A DNA stretch of 64,000 nt, taken from positions 96,001 through 160,000 of the IMG/VR virus record IMGVR_UViG_2595698952_000001; one strand, written 5' to 3'. This document shows positions 36,901 through 47,300 of the stretch, in pieces; within the stretch, counting starts at the first letter, position 1, and the number at the start of each line of letters is the position of its first letter. A program made the translations under genes and the position numbers. Source of the stretch: a virus. Lineage: Duplodnaviria; Caudoviricetes. Below the pieces are notes generated by a model. The model did not search any database. It had not been told where the DNA came from and saw only the letters and a program-made list of their open reading frames with translations.

Positions 36901-39900
36901 GCCGGGATAGCACGCGTTACTGCGAACTTCCCAACCTGCCAGGCAGCTTTCCCTACCAACGCAGCGGGTTTAAAGATACCCCACTTCGCCACGGTGCCGA
37001 GGATAGACCCGACGGTACCAAGGATACTGACAATCGGACCGATTAAAGGCAGACCCTTAAGCATGTCCATAATGCCACCCTTCTTCCCACCACGTTTCGG
37101 TGGTGCAGCGGCTTCCTCTTCTTCCTTGGTACGGCGACGGCGACGGAAGAACGAGAAGTAATCACGTTTCTCATCGGACTCTTTCGGCTTGTTACGACGA
37201 CCAAACTTCGAGAACATGGTGCGCAGTAACCCGTCTGACCCACCGGCTTTCTCTACCGAGTCGCGCATGGTGTTGAACCATGACATCTCTTGCAGATCAA
37301 CCATCCGGGACATACGGTCTAACAACCGACTGCCGAGCGAACGGGATTTGTCCGCAGCAGACCCAATCACATCAGCTGCTGCCCCCTTCACTTTATCCAC
37401 ATCGTCTTTGATGGCCGACTTGACTTTCTTGCCCGAGATACCGCCGCGCGCATTCAGGTGGTCACGGTAGAAGTCTGCCACATCATCATCACGTCCGGCT
37501 AAACGGCGCGCGACTTCGTAACGGGTAGCGATGTCGTGACGTGATCCGCGGAACGAATCCACGATGTTGTTGCCACGTTCTACCACATTCCCGAATTCGT
37601 CACGCACAGTATCCATCCCGTCACCGACACGACCACGGAACCGACCCCAACGTTTACCGAACCGACGACGAGCCATCACTTTGGCCCGACGGAGCGCCTG
37701 AGCGGCTTGACCGCGTAAGCCTCTGCCACCCCCGACGTTCTTCTCCATCTGCTCAGTCCAACCTTCATCCTCCGCCTCACCGGCTAAGCGCTTGTTCAGC
37801 AACTTATAGATGCGGATTAAGATGTGGTTAGTCTTACGGGCATTGGACATCGAAAACAGCGAGATACCACCGCCCCCACCACCTTCACGGTTTTGCCACC
37901 ACCGGGTCAGTGGGTTGTTCTGGGCCATGTCCTTGAACTTGTCCCAGCCGTTCTTGGCAACGTCCCACACTTTCTTCGGTAAACTGGTTACACGGGAGAA
38001 AGCAGCCTGGATGCGTGACTTCTCTTCGCCCTCGGGGATTTCATTCAGCCAGTCTTTGACCTTGGTCATGAATGACCCGGCTTTCGGGGAGATAAAGTCC
38101 AGCAAGCGTTTTGGCAGCTTCACAATCTTGTTCACCCCGGTACCGGCCTTTTGAGCCAGTATCTGGAACAGGGCTTGTGCTTTACCGCCTTTGTAGTAAC
38201 GCAGCTTTCCGGCTTTGGCTAAATCGGCCGCAGCAAGAATCAGGTTCCCGGCCTCATCAACAATGTCACGACCGAGACGAATATCATCCAGCGTCTTCAG
38301 CTGTTTCATTTTCGCACCCGACCCACTGGAGACCTGGTAATATTCCCCGGCTTCCAGTTTCGCGCCTTGCAGCACGACATTGCCCTTCTCATCAAAGATG
38401 TCACGGATACCCAGGGTACCTTTTACAAAGCCAGAGGCTGAGTTCCACGCCCCTTCAAACCCCCCTGTGACTAAGCCCCGAATCTTCGACAGAATCCCTG
38501 GCCCTTCACCGCCCCCAAACTTACCACGGGCCCAAGAACCGAATTTACCCAGACGGTCTTTTGCCCCTTTACCCAAACGACCGGCAAAGCGACCCATCCC
38601 GGCAGCGGAGTCAAACAACACTCCACCCCAACGACGCAGTAACCCATCTTCCCCGATGATGATACGACGACGGCGACCGCCGCCACCCGGACCACCCCGC
38701 GGCGGACGCGGTGGGCCTTGAATATCATCCGACCCGTCACCCCCTGGACCGCCACCGCCTGCCAATGACGCTAACAGCACACCCTCTTCATCCATGCTTT
38801 TCACATGCTCGAGGATTTTCTGTACCACGGACAAGTTGCTGGATTCACGGATAGCCGCGACCACCCGGTCGGTTTGACCAGACTGGTCTTGTGCCTGGTT
38901 ACGCTGGCTTAACAGTTCCACAAAGTTCGTGGAGGTTTCCCCGTAAAGCACTGCGGCTAACTGGCGTGGGTTCAGTCCTTTTCCGCCCTTGCCTTTTCCT
39001 TTCCCGCCTAATCCTGGCGGTAAGGAGGTATCGTCGTCTGCCGGGCCGCCGCTCCCCGCCCCCATACGGCGCAGGTAGTCCCCGAGCGCCGAACCGTTCT
39101 GCAACTTCTTGGCAATTTCCTGGTCACGCGTTAATGCACGACCAGTACGGGTTTTACCCATAGCCAGGTTATTGAAGAGGGTATAGGGATCGGACAGGTC
39201 TTTGTCTACGGCGAACACATCACTTTTCGCATCGTAGTTAAAGATACCCGCATCGCGCAGAGCACGTTCCCCGTAAATGTTCGCAGCTTCATCAATCATG
39301 CTCTGACGGGCAGTAATTGACGACTGGATGGTAGCGATACGGGACGCCAGTTCGTTACTCAGTTCCGCATGACCACCGGTAAGACCCTCTGAGCGTCTCT
39401 GTAAGATGCCCTGGAGCTTCTCAGAGCCGTTGCCACCCATGTGTCGCATTAAGTGGCTAGAGTCTTTCAGGATGGCTCCTACGTCGAATGCGCGGCCTTG
39501 TGAGGCACGGGACTCAACATAGTCAGCCAGGTGCTGACGTTCTTTGGCGGAAAGTTCCCCTTTGTCGTCAATGAAGTCAACGGTTTTGTTGATTGACCCT
39601 TGCAGACGCAGACGCTGTTCATCGTTGGCTACCGCTTTACGGACACGGTTACCAATCACCTTACGGTCAACGAATCCCCGGCTGGTGATGTCGTATTCCA
39701 TGTCTGCATGTTCACCGTAGCCACGCCGAATCGATTTGTTGATTTCGGATAACCAGGCCGGGATAATCTCGGTCAAGGTTAAGTGAGCTTTACGGTCAAA
39801 CTTGGCCGAGCGTTGCATCGCTGCACCGTCACGTTCATCCAGGAACGCTTTCTCACGGTTCAGCGGTTGTACAATCCCCATCTCGTTGAGGAAACGGAAG

Positions 39901-41132
39901 ATGTCGGCCAACGGGCCTTCGGATTCACCGGCGATGGCCGAGTTGGAAATCGATGACAGGTTCTGGAAATTGAATTTCCCCGCCTGCAACCGTTTCATCA
40001 CCTCGGGGTTCTTTTCCAGTTCCTCGCGTGACCACTTCTGCAATTTCTCGATTTGTGGGCCGAGCAGTTTCTTCGCTAACCACCCGGAACCCCAGCCCAC
40101 GGTTTTATCGCGGGCATTGGTTTTCCGTTTCTCGGCGGTCAGGGACGAGCTGTCATCCATCCCAAAATCGTCTTCCACACCCATACCGAGCAATTGCTCG
40201 AGCATCCCGCGGCCTTCACCGAAGGCATTGCTGATTTTCTTTTTGGCATTCTCACGGATTTGGTCAATAAACCCATCAGCGTGTTTCAGGGGGTTTATCC
40301 ACTCCGCGGCTTTACGTTTTACGTTTGCCCAGTGAACTTCCGAGAACTCCTCTTTCGCGTAGTCCGGTAACGCGGTGTTCTTCTGGATAGCTTCGAGTGC
40401 TGGGGTGTTACGGTCAAACTCATCCTGTTTCAGTTTGGCCAAATCCTGCAAGGCGAACAGTGTCCGGTATTGCAGTTCCAGTTGTTTACGCTGGACGTTT
40501 AAGAACACCCCACGGTGCAAACTGGTGGTGAGACTGATGTCCTTGGCGATGCCGATAACTGTCTGGAACATCGCATCGGACTTCATCTGTTGGACGGAGT
40601 CACGGATACGGTCTTCGGTGGCGACTTCACGCATATCGCGTTGCTGTTCTTCGGTTGGGCCACCGCCCCCGAATACTTCGCCCAGCTCCCTGTCCATCAT
40701 CGCCTGTTTCGGATCGTAGTTGTTGTATTCAACTTGATCCGATTTTGCCCACTTATCAATTTTGCGGGTCATGGCATCTGGCAGATACCGTTTGAGGGTT
40801 GGGCCTAACTGTCGCGCTTGCTGCTTAATCATGCGCTCAGTCTTGACAAGCTCATCCTTCGTATGGGCAACTATATCCTTCCCCGCAGCTGCCACGTTCT
40901 GGTAGCCGTCGTAGGCATCTGCCGCAGGCTTTGGTAATCCTTTCAGGATGACCTGATCACGTTTCCCTTTTGGCCAGATAGTTGAGAGGGCGGACTTACG
41001 CGCAACGCGCAAGGTGTCCATAATCGGGTTACGACTCTTGTCTGTATTTCGTGGTGGCTCGCCGAAGTCATCCCAGTCGTCCATCCTGTCGAGATCAAGA
41101 TCGTCGAAGTCGTCTCTGCCTTTTTTAGCCAT
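33984..41132 (-). CDS. Tape measure protein with C-terminal lytic transglycosylase (phiKZ gp181-like)
   Basis: 2382 aa; helical, hydrophobic TM-like stretch, SLT motifs AKAESS, AGGLFQF, LDPWAN; divergent from the RNAP genes. Confidence 0.85.
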   Translation of the reverse strand: MAKKGRDDFDDLDLDRMDDWDDFGEPPRNTDKSRNPIMDTLRVARKSALSTIWPKGKRDQVILKGLPKPAADAYDGYQNVAAAGKDIVAHTKDELVKTERMIKQQARQLGPTLKRYLPDAMTRKIDKWAKSDQVEYNNYDPKQAMMDRELGEVFGGGGPTEEQQRDMREVATEDRIRDSVQQMKSDAMFQTVIGIAKDISLTTSLHRGVFLNVQRKQLELQYRTLFALQDLAKLKQDEFDRNTPALEAIQKNTALPDYAKEEFSEVHWANVKRKAAEWINPLKHADGFIDQIRENAKKKISNAFGEGRGMLEQLLGMGVEDDFGMDDSSSLTAEKRKTNARDKTVGWGSGWLAKKLLGPQIEKLQKWSREELEKNPEVMKRLQAGKFNFQNLSSISNSAIAGESEGPLADIFRFLNEMGIVQPLNREKAFLDERDGAAMQRSAKFDRKAHLTLTEIIPAWLSEINKSIRRGYGEHADMEYDITSRGFVDRKVIGNRVRKAVANDEQRLRLQGSINKTVDFIDDKGELSAKERQHLADYVESRASQGRAFDVGAILKDSSHLMRHMGGNGSEKLQGILQRRSEGLTGGHAELSNELASRIATIQSSITARQSMIDEAANIYGERALRDAGIFNYDAKSDVFAVDKDLSDPYTLFNNLAMGKTRTGRALTRDQEIAKKLQNGSALGDYLRRMGAGSGGPADDDTSLPPGLGGKGKGKGGKGLNPRQLAAVLYGETSTNFVELLSQRNQAQDQSGQTDRVVAAIRESSNLSVVQKILEHVKSMDEEGVLLASLAGGGGPGGDGSDDIQGPPRPPRGGPGGGGRRRRIIIGEDGLLRRWGGVLFDSAAGMGRFAGRLGKGAKDRLGKFGSWARGKFGGGEGPGILSKIRGLVTGGFEGAWNSASGFVKGTLGIRDIFDEKGNVVLQGAKLEAGEYYQVSSGSGAKMKQLKTLDDIRLGRDIVDEAGNLILAAADLAKAGKLRYYKGGKAQALFQILAQKAGTGVNKIVKLPKRLLDFISPKAGSFMTKVKDWLNEIPEGEEKSRIQAAFSRVTSLPKKVWDVAKNGWDKFKDMAQNNPLTRWWQNREGGGGGGISLFSMSNARKTNHILIRIYKLLNKRLAGEAEDEGWTEQMEKNVGGGRGLRGQAAQALRRAKVMARRRFGKRWGRFRGRVGDGMDTVRDEFGNVVERGNNIVDSFRGSRHDIATRYEVARRLAGRDDDVADFYRDHLNARGGISGKKVKSAIKDDVDKVKGAAADVIGSAADKSRSLGSRLLDRMSRMVDLQEMSWFNTMRDSVEKAGGSDGLLRTMFSKFGRRNKPKESDEKRDYFSFFRRRRRTKEEEEAAAPPKRGGKKGGIMDMLKGLPLIGPIVSILGTVGSILGTVAKWGIFKPAALVGKAAWQVGKFAVTRAIPAVATGLYTAASAVVAAVGWPAIAIGAAVVGASWLAYHIATYKAALRLDKMRLAQYGYRNNDAWSSDDGAKARFLEDNIKQYISYDDKGQATLRGMAAKDVEKLAEGYGVNLEEKGEMLAFQAFMLQRFVPVYLRWVTALKSMDNDIQLADVADQSKTSKADQKRLWAKVKMSKDANAFHALTDPRKVNQGFFSKAWDAITFTSPDLLDADEVMKVQDRVGKEIDWLVDDKIAEKKGMREAVDGVKSASVAESTQKLAALDKARNDNTIKTQGWEDGTEQVQIQVDWNAVADKKDLDALESLRWKTYGLVTIDSAARTQLNLFEKEVIKDVDTKSASYKGDWKKAVAVLAPDAIGGPKEDRYKLWFFSRFLPAFMTFLVGVKRYLPAGDPLNLKMTGGYLYEIALLVRGAYNLKGGVRQSVWEIPFNPLGGEANTDPRTVDKELETLRVLSKEADLAVRNLLKETQSAGKRAQWQRRDKNTNFFQTSGDDPQSKFFETYGKGSDAANRANGYAAAPGFNGTPNDLSQSVDAVGGIENYAKMTTGQSGISLGEVQAGDYKSLAEKYPIEKLGRRGALNVQAIQSMIVDAAKMFGVPPAVALAMAKAESSYDYTVTNSAGSAGGLFQFINGTWGDMMKGHGNKFGIPNKLNRNGGQLDPWANTLLGMQFIRDNIASAQRDLGGAAPPPAVAYLYHFLGAGGGKLFLKAWQKNPTAPSARAPGITAAILSGNKGVFYDGQGRNRTIGEVIQELNRRMGAVSANVMSAAPGMTADLTKNLSPANPAVAAGAANDPSIAGAADDLPADNAARRDDALDAKGAQAAADAQATASGNAGPAVPSPGAGTSGGDASTTADGVAAAAAADGLSPTDVAKVKAGAEKQLQKAAQQPAANSSDATASTPTLNTVPVDVQQLNVLKESAGYLKEIRDYMKANPGRGLSTGGNQAQAQGQAPAGSASRQQPITQPAPSLNVQRKVG

Positions 41133-41161
41133 GTTGATAATTCCAATTCAGGAGCTTAAAA

Positions 41162-42775
41162 GTGAAAAAGCTAAACTGGGTTGACTTTTATTTATTAAAC
41201 GTCAACAAGTCCCTGGTGTCGCAACTCAAACCCGTAACATCGACAGACACCTTTCAGGGGTTGACGAAAAACTTTCACCCTGAGGGACTGTACTCAACCG
41301 ACATCTTCGGTCTGACGGGAAGTGAAGCGCGCGACAGTACATTCTCGTACATCGATATCAAACTGGATATCATTTCGCCCACCGTGTGTTTGGCCATGTT
41401 TCAGCTGAAACAGCTGTACGAAGAAATCTGTTCCGGGAAACGCTTTGCGACCTGGAACGAGAAAGAAAAAGACTTTGAGCCAGCGCTGCCCAGTGAAAAA
41501 GGTGCAGACACCGGCTTTAACTTCTTCTTAAGTCATTACACCGAACTTGACCCGAGCCGGAACGATTCCCTGCGTCGTGATGAGTCCGTTGACTTCTTCA
41601 ATAAATTCCGACCCGTCAGTTTGAGTCGTTACGTGTTAGTCCTGCCAGCCGGTCTGCGTGACCTGGTGGTACGCCCTGACGGTCGTGACCAGGAAGATGA
41701 CATTGGTGGTTTGTACCGCCGTCTGGTCTCCTTGTCCCGTGCGATTCCTGACCGCAATGCGCGTACCGAATTGACTGACCCCGTCCGCTGGAAACTCCAG
41801 CAAACCTTTAACGAAATTTGGATGTACTTCTTTAACATCCAGGACGGCAAGGGTGGTTTTGCTCGGCGTAAGGTAACGTCCCGTAAACTCCTGAACGGTA
41901 CCCGTAACGTACTGTCTTCGTTCTCAACCGGTTCTAAGGTGATGGGGCGTGAGGATGCGGTACGTCCAACCGATACGCGTATCGGTCTGTACCAAACCTT
42001 GAAGGCGCTCCTCCCGGTTGCCCAGTACAACATCCGCGAACGTTACCTCAGTAACATCCGTGCGGGTGACGGGAACCTTTACGGGGTGAACACCAAAACC
42101 CTCAAGCGGGAATTCTTAGAAGTGCCGGGGCGGGTCTATGACCTCTACGCCACCGACGATGGTATTGAGTTACTCATCAACCGCATGGAAGCTCGCGAGC
42201 TTCGCCATCAGCCGATGATGATTGACAAAGACCATTACGTTGCTCTGATTTATCAGGACAAGAAGCACTTCAAAGTCTTCTACGACATTGAAGAACTCCC
42301 TGAAGGATTCTCGCGCAAACTGGTACGCGGAATTTCATTAGCCGAACTGCTCTACCTTTCCGGATACGATCTCTGGAATGACTACTTCTCATTCATTACT
42401 CGTTACCCTGTAACGGGTCGTGGATCGACTTACTCCTCGACCATAAGATTGGAGACCACGACGTCATCGCTCTATTTAAAAGAGCTGGAAGACGACTGGG
42501 TGACCGTAAAAGCCAAGGGTGCCACGAGCTTCCCTGACCGTAACGTGCCGACCTTTGTGGAATCTATGGCCCCCCATCCTTCCCGATTGGGCGGGCTGGG
42601 TGGTGACTACGACGGCGATACTGGCTCAGCCAACAGCCCGATGTCACAAGAAGCCCTCGAGGAGAATAGAAAGTGGGTCAATTCAAAGAACTACTGGTTT
42701 GCGACTGACGGCAGTTTCAAAGTCCAACCTGTCAACAATGTGATTAAGCGTGCGACGCAAGCTCTGTTGAAATGA
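41162..42775 (+). CDS. Virion RNA polymerase beta' subunit (catalytic N-terminal part, phiKZ gp180-like)
   Basis: GLYSTDIFG, VLPAGLRD, GKGG..R, RYP and the catalytic GGDYDGD (DxDGD). Confidence 0.92.
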   Translation: MKKLNWVDFYLLNVNKSLVSQLKPVTSTDTFQGLTKNFHPEGLYSTDIFGLTGSEARDSTFSYIDIKLDIISPTVCLAMFQLKQLYEEICSGKRFATWNEKEKDFEPALPSEKGADTGFNFFLSHYTELDPSRNDSLRRDESVDFFNKFRPVSLSRYVLVLPAGLRDLVVRPDGRDQEDDIGGLYRRLVSLSRAIPDRNARTELTDPVRWKLQQTFNEIWMYFFNIQDGKGGFARRKVTSRKLLNGTRNVLSSFSTGSKVMGREDAVRPTDTRIGLYQTLKALLPVAQYNIRERYLSNIRAGDGNLYGVNTKTLKREFLEVPGRVYDLYATDDGIELLINRMEARELRHQPMMIDKDHYVALIYQDKKHFKVFYDIEELPEGFSRKLVRGISLAELLYLSGYDLWNDYFSFITRYPVTGRGSTYSSTIRLETTTSSLYLKELEDDWVTVKAKGATSFPDRNVPTFVESMAPHPSRLGGLGGDYDGDTGSANSPMSQEALEENRKWVNSKNYWFATDGSFKVQPVNNVIKRATQALLK

Positions 42776-42790
42776 CCATAAGGCTCGACT

Positions 42791-45700
42791 ATGCTTCTCA
42801 TTAAGCAGTTTAACCAACGCTTCTCTGTGCGTAAAACGGATGAGTTCGGGAAACCGCGTATCATCCCGCTGGAGAAGTTGCAGATTCCGCGCGGGGCCGT
42901 TTTCCATACCATCGACCTTGACCAGGTCGTTCTGGCTCCGCCGGTCAGCACCCCGATTCTCCAGGACTTAGAAAAGCCTGCGCAGATTCGTCACCACTTC
43001 AAACTGCCTGAAGAAGGTATCTCTGGCCACCCACGCAATAAACCAGTGCAGGGGCAAGAGAAAGCGATTTTCCAGTACCACCGTGTGAACCGTAGTTTCC
43101 GTCGCCTGTCGTCTGACGCCCTGGTGCGTAAAGACCTGAAAACCCTGCTGATTGAAAACTACACCCCGATGCTGTCGCACTACATCTACCCGGACACGCA
43201 GCTGGCCTGGTATGACCGTCTGCGCAACATCATGGTCACCATGACCAACCAGTTCAAATACGATACCGCAGAGTACCTGCGTCAGAACTACTTCGTCATT
43301 GAGCTGGGTTCGACCCTGCCCTCCTTCAACAAATTCCAGACCACGTTTAACGACCGTGTGAAAACCAAACTGGAAAAGTTCCACGACTTCAACCTGTTGT
43401 GGCTGTTGGAAATCTTTGCCTGGGCGTACGGACATCAGAAAGACTCGCTGTTTGACGGTATGGACATTACCCAGCTGTCACGCATGAACTTCATCTTTAC
43501 CCACAACAGCGGCTTTACGTCGATGAACATGGGTCTGGTTGAGAAAATGCGTAAATCCTCTGGCGGGCGTCTGAGTGATGATCAGATGGGGCGTAACTTC
43601 TACAAGTCACTGGTACAGGTGATGACCCAGGCTCCGTCTGACGAGTACGAAGCCGAGTTCCTGACCCCGGAAGGTGAAGAACGTATCGTGACCCGTGACG
43701 AAGTCGAAGAAGACAACGTTGACCTGGTTGACGATAACGATGACGTGGATAATGAAGCGGACGTGCAGGACGATAACAGCTTCGATGAAAAAGAAGACCT
43801 GGTTATCGAAGCACCGAAAGAAGACATCAAAGCCACCACTATCGTTGTTGAGAAACACATTGCTCACGACGAAGTGATTAAGCAGGAAGTGAAGCGTCTG
43901 GCTGAGGCTGGACGCGTGACGTCGAAAGCGTACCAGTTCCTGTCTGATTCTTCGCAACGTTTCGTCAATCTGCCGAACCCGTACAACCCGAAAGAAACCT
44001 ACGGCCAGGCTTTGACCATCGACGTGAAAGACATCGAAGTCAAAGCCAAACCGAAAAAGATTGAGCGTCTGGTCACAGACGAGGCCTGGTTTGAAAACAC
44101 CAACGACCAGGTTATCTCCCAGTATAACAAGACCATGCTGCCGAAAGACGTCTTGTCCGCCGTAGCATCAACCCAGCGCCTGGGCTTGGCGATTCACAAC
44201 CACACGGTAGAGAAAGAAAACACCGTGACCGGTAAAGTGGAACACCACACCCTGCGCATTCAACCTATCGGTGGCGAACCGACCACTATCCGTTTCTCTA
44301 TCCCGTCGTTAACTGAAGACGGTACCTGGGTGGCGAACGGTGTGGAATACACCATGCGTAAGCAGCGTGTTGATTTGCCAATCCGTAAGGTTGCCCCGGA
44401 TACGGTTGCCCTGACCACTGCGTACGGCAAGAACTTTGTACGCCGCAGTGATAAAGTGGTAAACGATTACGGGCGTTGGTTGACGAATGCGATTATCACG
44501 CGTGCCGTTGACCCGAAAAACACCGAAGTGACTGATGCCAAACTGGCAAACGTGTTCGACCCTCTTCTGACGCTGCCACGTCAATACACCGAAGTGGCAC
44601 GGCGTGTAGCAACCTTCAATGCGATGGGCTACATGTGGAGTTTCGATTACAAAATGCGTGACACCTTCTTTGACAGTGATCAAATCGCCGACGCGGACCG
44701 CGCCAAACTGATCCCTGTTGCGAAGAAAGCGCGTAGCGAAATCATTCTCTGCATGGACGACAAGTCGCAGATGTACAAGGTCAAAGAAGACCAAGTCGAA
44801 CCGCTTGGCACCTTAGCTGAAATGCTGGGTGTTGATGAATCCAAAGCACCGCGTGAAATGACCGAACTGTCGCTGATGGGCAAGTCTGTTTCGCTCGGCT
44901 TCATCTTCTCCTTCTACCTTGGGTTGCAGGGGGCGTTGAAACACTTTGGTATCCAGTACGAACTCGTCCCGGCGGGTCAGCGTGTGGGCAAGTCGCAGTA
45001 CGACAGTATCATCCGTCTTCAAGATGCGAAGATTCTGGTGAATTGCGATAACGACCAGCAACGCATGATTCTCAACGGTCTTGACCGTTATTTGAAACAC
45101 CTGACTGCCTACACCGAGTCAGAAGTCGAACGTGAAGACATTTACCTGAACCTGTTACGTGATGCAGATGGCCTGACACCTCGGTACATCAAAGAGCTGA
45201 AACAAATGCGGACCGCCTTTGTTGACGACATGCACGCCCGTATCCTCAGGAAGATGGGTGAGCCGGAAACCTTTATCGGCTTGCTGGAACGTTCCAACGA
45301 AATGCTTCAGACCGACCAGACCTTGCCGGAAATCAACGGTGAGGAAATGATGTTCATCGGGAACCAGCGTATTGCGTACCACATCTATACCGCAATGGTG
45401 CGGGCGATGCGTAACTACAATAACGCACCGGGTGCGAACCGTAAGTTCGAACTGACGCAGGACATGATTTGGGGGGCTATTAACTCCGATCCGTCTGTGC
45501 TGTTGGCACCAGGGGCTAACCCGATTCAGAGCATCAAAGAGAAGGACGTGGTGACGATGGGCGGTACCGGTGGTCGTAACCGTAAGACCATGGTGTACCA
45601 CACCCGTGAGTTCCAGCCGTCTGACCTCGGTATCGTGTCGGGTAACACGGTCGATAACGGGGACGTAGGTATCACCGCGTTCTTAACCAACAACCCGGCT

Positions 45701-46957
45701 TTCGACACCATCGATGGTACCACGTACAAACGTAAAGACGAGTTAAAACCCGGAGAGGCGCTGTCGTTTATCGACGGGCTGGTACCGGACACCCTGATGG
45801 ATGACGCCAAGCGTCAGAACTTCGTCGGAATTCAGATGGGGTCAGCGACATCGTGCATCGGTGCTACGACGACCCCGTACCGTACTGAACAGGAGAAAGC
45901 AGTCGCACACCGTACGTCTGTGAAACACGCACGCGTGATTGACAAAGCAGGCAAAATCACGGGCATCTCTGATGACCACATTGAAATCACTTATGAAGAC
46001 GGTGAGAAAGAGGCATTCCCACTGGGTCGCTGGTTCGGCGCTCACGAAGGTACCTATTATCCTCACACCCTGGTGACTCGCTGGAAAGCCGGAGACAAAC
46101 TCCCGGCCGGTACAGTCATCACTTACAACGACCAACATTTCGAAGTCGATATTTACGATCCGACGCAGGTATCCTGGAAGAACGGGATTCTGGCTACGGT
46201 AGCGTTACCCGAAGGGGAAGAAGTAATTGAAGACTCCAATGCGATTAGTGAGCGGTTCGCCTCGAAAGCACAGTCTGACGTTACCAAACTCAAAGAGGTG
46301 ACGATTACCTTTACCCAGAACTTGCTCGAGATTGGTAAAGAAGGCGACCACGTCGACGTGGACTCAATTCTATGCACCTTTACCGACAACCTAACAGGCG
46401 ATATGTCGGGGTTCAGTAAAGAAGCTGCGGCAACCTTGCAAGACTTGAGTTCGTTCGCCCCACGCGCTGGGGTACGTGGCCACATCGATAAGATTGAGGT
46501 GGTGTATCACGGCGAAACCGAAGACATGACACCGTCACTGGCTGAACTGGTGCGCAAATACGACCGTATCCGTCGTAAGGCTGCACTGGCTGTCAACCGC
46601 GACGACCCTACTGATGGGCGTGTTACCGGGGACTACCGTGTTGAAGGGGTGCCGCTGGCGTATAACTCACTGTGTGTTCGATTCTATATCACGCACCGTG
46701 TAGATATGGCAGCTGCGGATAAAATGGTTATCGCGAACCAGCTGAAAACCACTGTGCAGGAAGTGATGCGTGGCGTGAACCGGACAGAGTCTGGTGATGA
46801 CATCGACATCCTCTTTGGTCGTGACTCAGTTGACGCCCGTATCGTTGGTTCGATTCAACGTATCGGAACAGCGAATGCGGTTGGCGAACGTGCAGGTATT
46901 CTCATCGGGGATATTCTCGATGGTAAAGACGTACCGGTACTGCCGACGAAACTTTAG
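42791..46957 (+). CDS. Virion RNA polymerase beta subunit (phiKZ gp178-like)
   Basis: 1388 aa; NGVEY, GTGGR, DDAKR.NF..IQ, EDSNAIS, ADKMVIANQLKTT, IDILF RpoB-like motifs. Confidence 0.9.
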   Translation: MLLIKQFNQRFSVRKTDEFGKPRIIPLEKLQIPRGAVFHTIDLDQVVLAPPVSTPILQDLEKPAQIRHHFKLPEEGISGHPRNKPVQGQEKAIFQYHRVNRSFRRLSSDALVRKDLKTLLIENYTPMLSHYIYPDTQLAWYDRLRNIMVTMTNQFKYDTAEYLRQNYFVIELGSTLPSFNKFQTTFNDRVKTKLEKFHDFNLLWLLEIFAWAYGHQKDSLFDGMDITQLSRMNFIFTHNSGFTSMNMGLVEKMRKSSGGRLSDDQMGRNFYKSLVQVMTQAPSDEYEAEFLTPEGEERIVTRDEVEEDNVDLVDDNDDVDNEADVQDDNSFDEKEDLVIEAPKEDIKATTIVVEKHIAHDEVIKQEVKRLAEAGRVTSKAYQFLSDSSQRFVNLPNPYNPKETYGQALTIDVKDIEVKAKPKKIERLVTDEAWFENTNDQVISQYNKTMLPKDVLSAVASTQRLGLAIHNHTVEKENTVTGKVEHHTLRIQPIGGEPTTIRFSIPSLTEDGTWVANGVEYTMRKQRVDLPIRKVAPDTVALTTAYGKNFVRRSDKVVNDYGRWLTNAIITRAVDPKNTEVTDAKLANVFDPLLTLPRQYTEVARRVATFNAMGYMWSFDYKMRDTFFDSDQIADADRAKLIPVAKKARSEIILCMDDKSQMYKVKEDQVEPLGTLAEMLGVDESKAPREMTELSLMGKSVSLGFIFSFYLGLQGALKHFGIQYELVPAGQRVGKSQYDSIIRLQDAKILVNCDNDQQRMILNGLDRYLKHLTAYTESEVEREDIYLNLLRDADGLTPRYIKELKQMRTAFVDDMHARILRKMGEPETFIGLLERSNEMLQTDQTLPEINGEEMMFIGNQRIAYHIYTAMVRAMRNYNNAPGANRKFELTQDMIWGAINSDPSVLLAPGANPIQSIKEKDVVTMGGTGGRNRKTMVYHTREFQPSDLGIVSGNTVDNGDVGITAFLTNNPAFDTIDGTTYKRKDELKPGEALSFIDGLVPDTLMDDAKRQNFVGIQMGSATSCIGATTTPYRTEQEKAVAHRTSVKHARVIDKAGKITGISDDHIEITYEDGEKEAFPLGRWFGAHEGTYYPHTLVTRWKAGDKLPAGTVITYNDQHFEVDIYDPTQVSWKNGILATVALPEGEEVIEDSNAISERFASKAQSDVTKLKEVTITFTQNLLEIGKEGDHVDVDSILCTFTDNLTGDMSGFSKEAAATLQDLSSFAPRAGVRGHIDKIEVVYHGETEDMTPSLAELVRKYDRIRRKAALAVNRDDPTDGRVTGDYRVEGVPLAYNSLCVRFYITHRVDMAAADKMVIANQLKTTVQEVMRGVNRTESGDDIDILFGRDSVDARIVGSIQRIGTANAVGERAGILIGDILDGKDVPVLPTKL

Positions 46958-47006
46958 TCCTAAGGGTGGGTCGCTCCCACCCTCGTAAACAACTCCGGAG
47001 TTGAGA

Positions 47007-47300
47007 ATGAGTATTTTAGATTCTATCAAAATGCGTAACGGGATTCCGACTGGGAAAAATATCACCCAGCAAGAGACCGAAGGTTATTCCCCGCAACAGC
47101 GTTTGAATTTCGTCACGCTGGGCAATGCCGTTGAACTGACCACGGAAATCCTCCACGGTCTGATGAAAGGCAACAGCGGTCTGACTGACCGTCAGGGCGA
47201 TCAGCGTATGTTGAAACGCGACATCGCGGATTTAGTCGGTGCACGCATTACTGCGCGTATCCAGGAAGCAGTTAGCACCGAGAACGGGGGTCAGGCATGA
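47007..47300 (+). CDS. Small putative virion protein
   Basis: GGAG RBS; ATGA coupling to the next gene. Confidence 0.7.
   Translation: MSILDSIKMRNGIPTGKNITQQETEGYSPQQRLNFVTLGNAVELTTEILHGLMKGNSGLTDRQGDQRMLKRDIADLVGARITARIQEAVSTENGGQA

Noticed and set aside
38660-39070. GC-rich CCG/CGG repeats
   Set aside because: Explained by Gly/Pro/Arg-rich low-complexity linkers in the tape measure protein; not a DNA repeat array.
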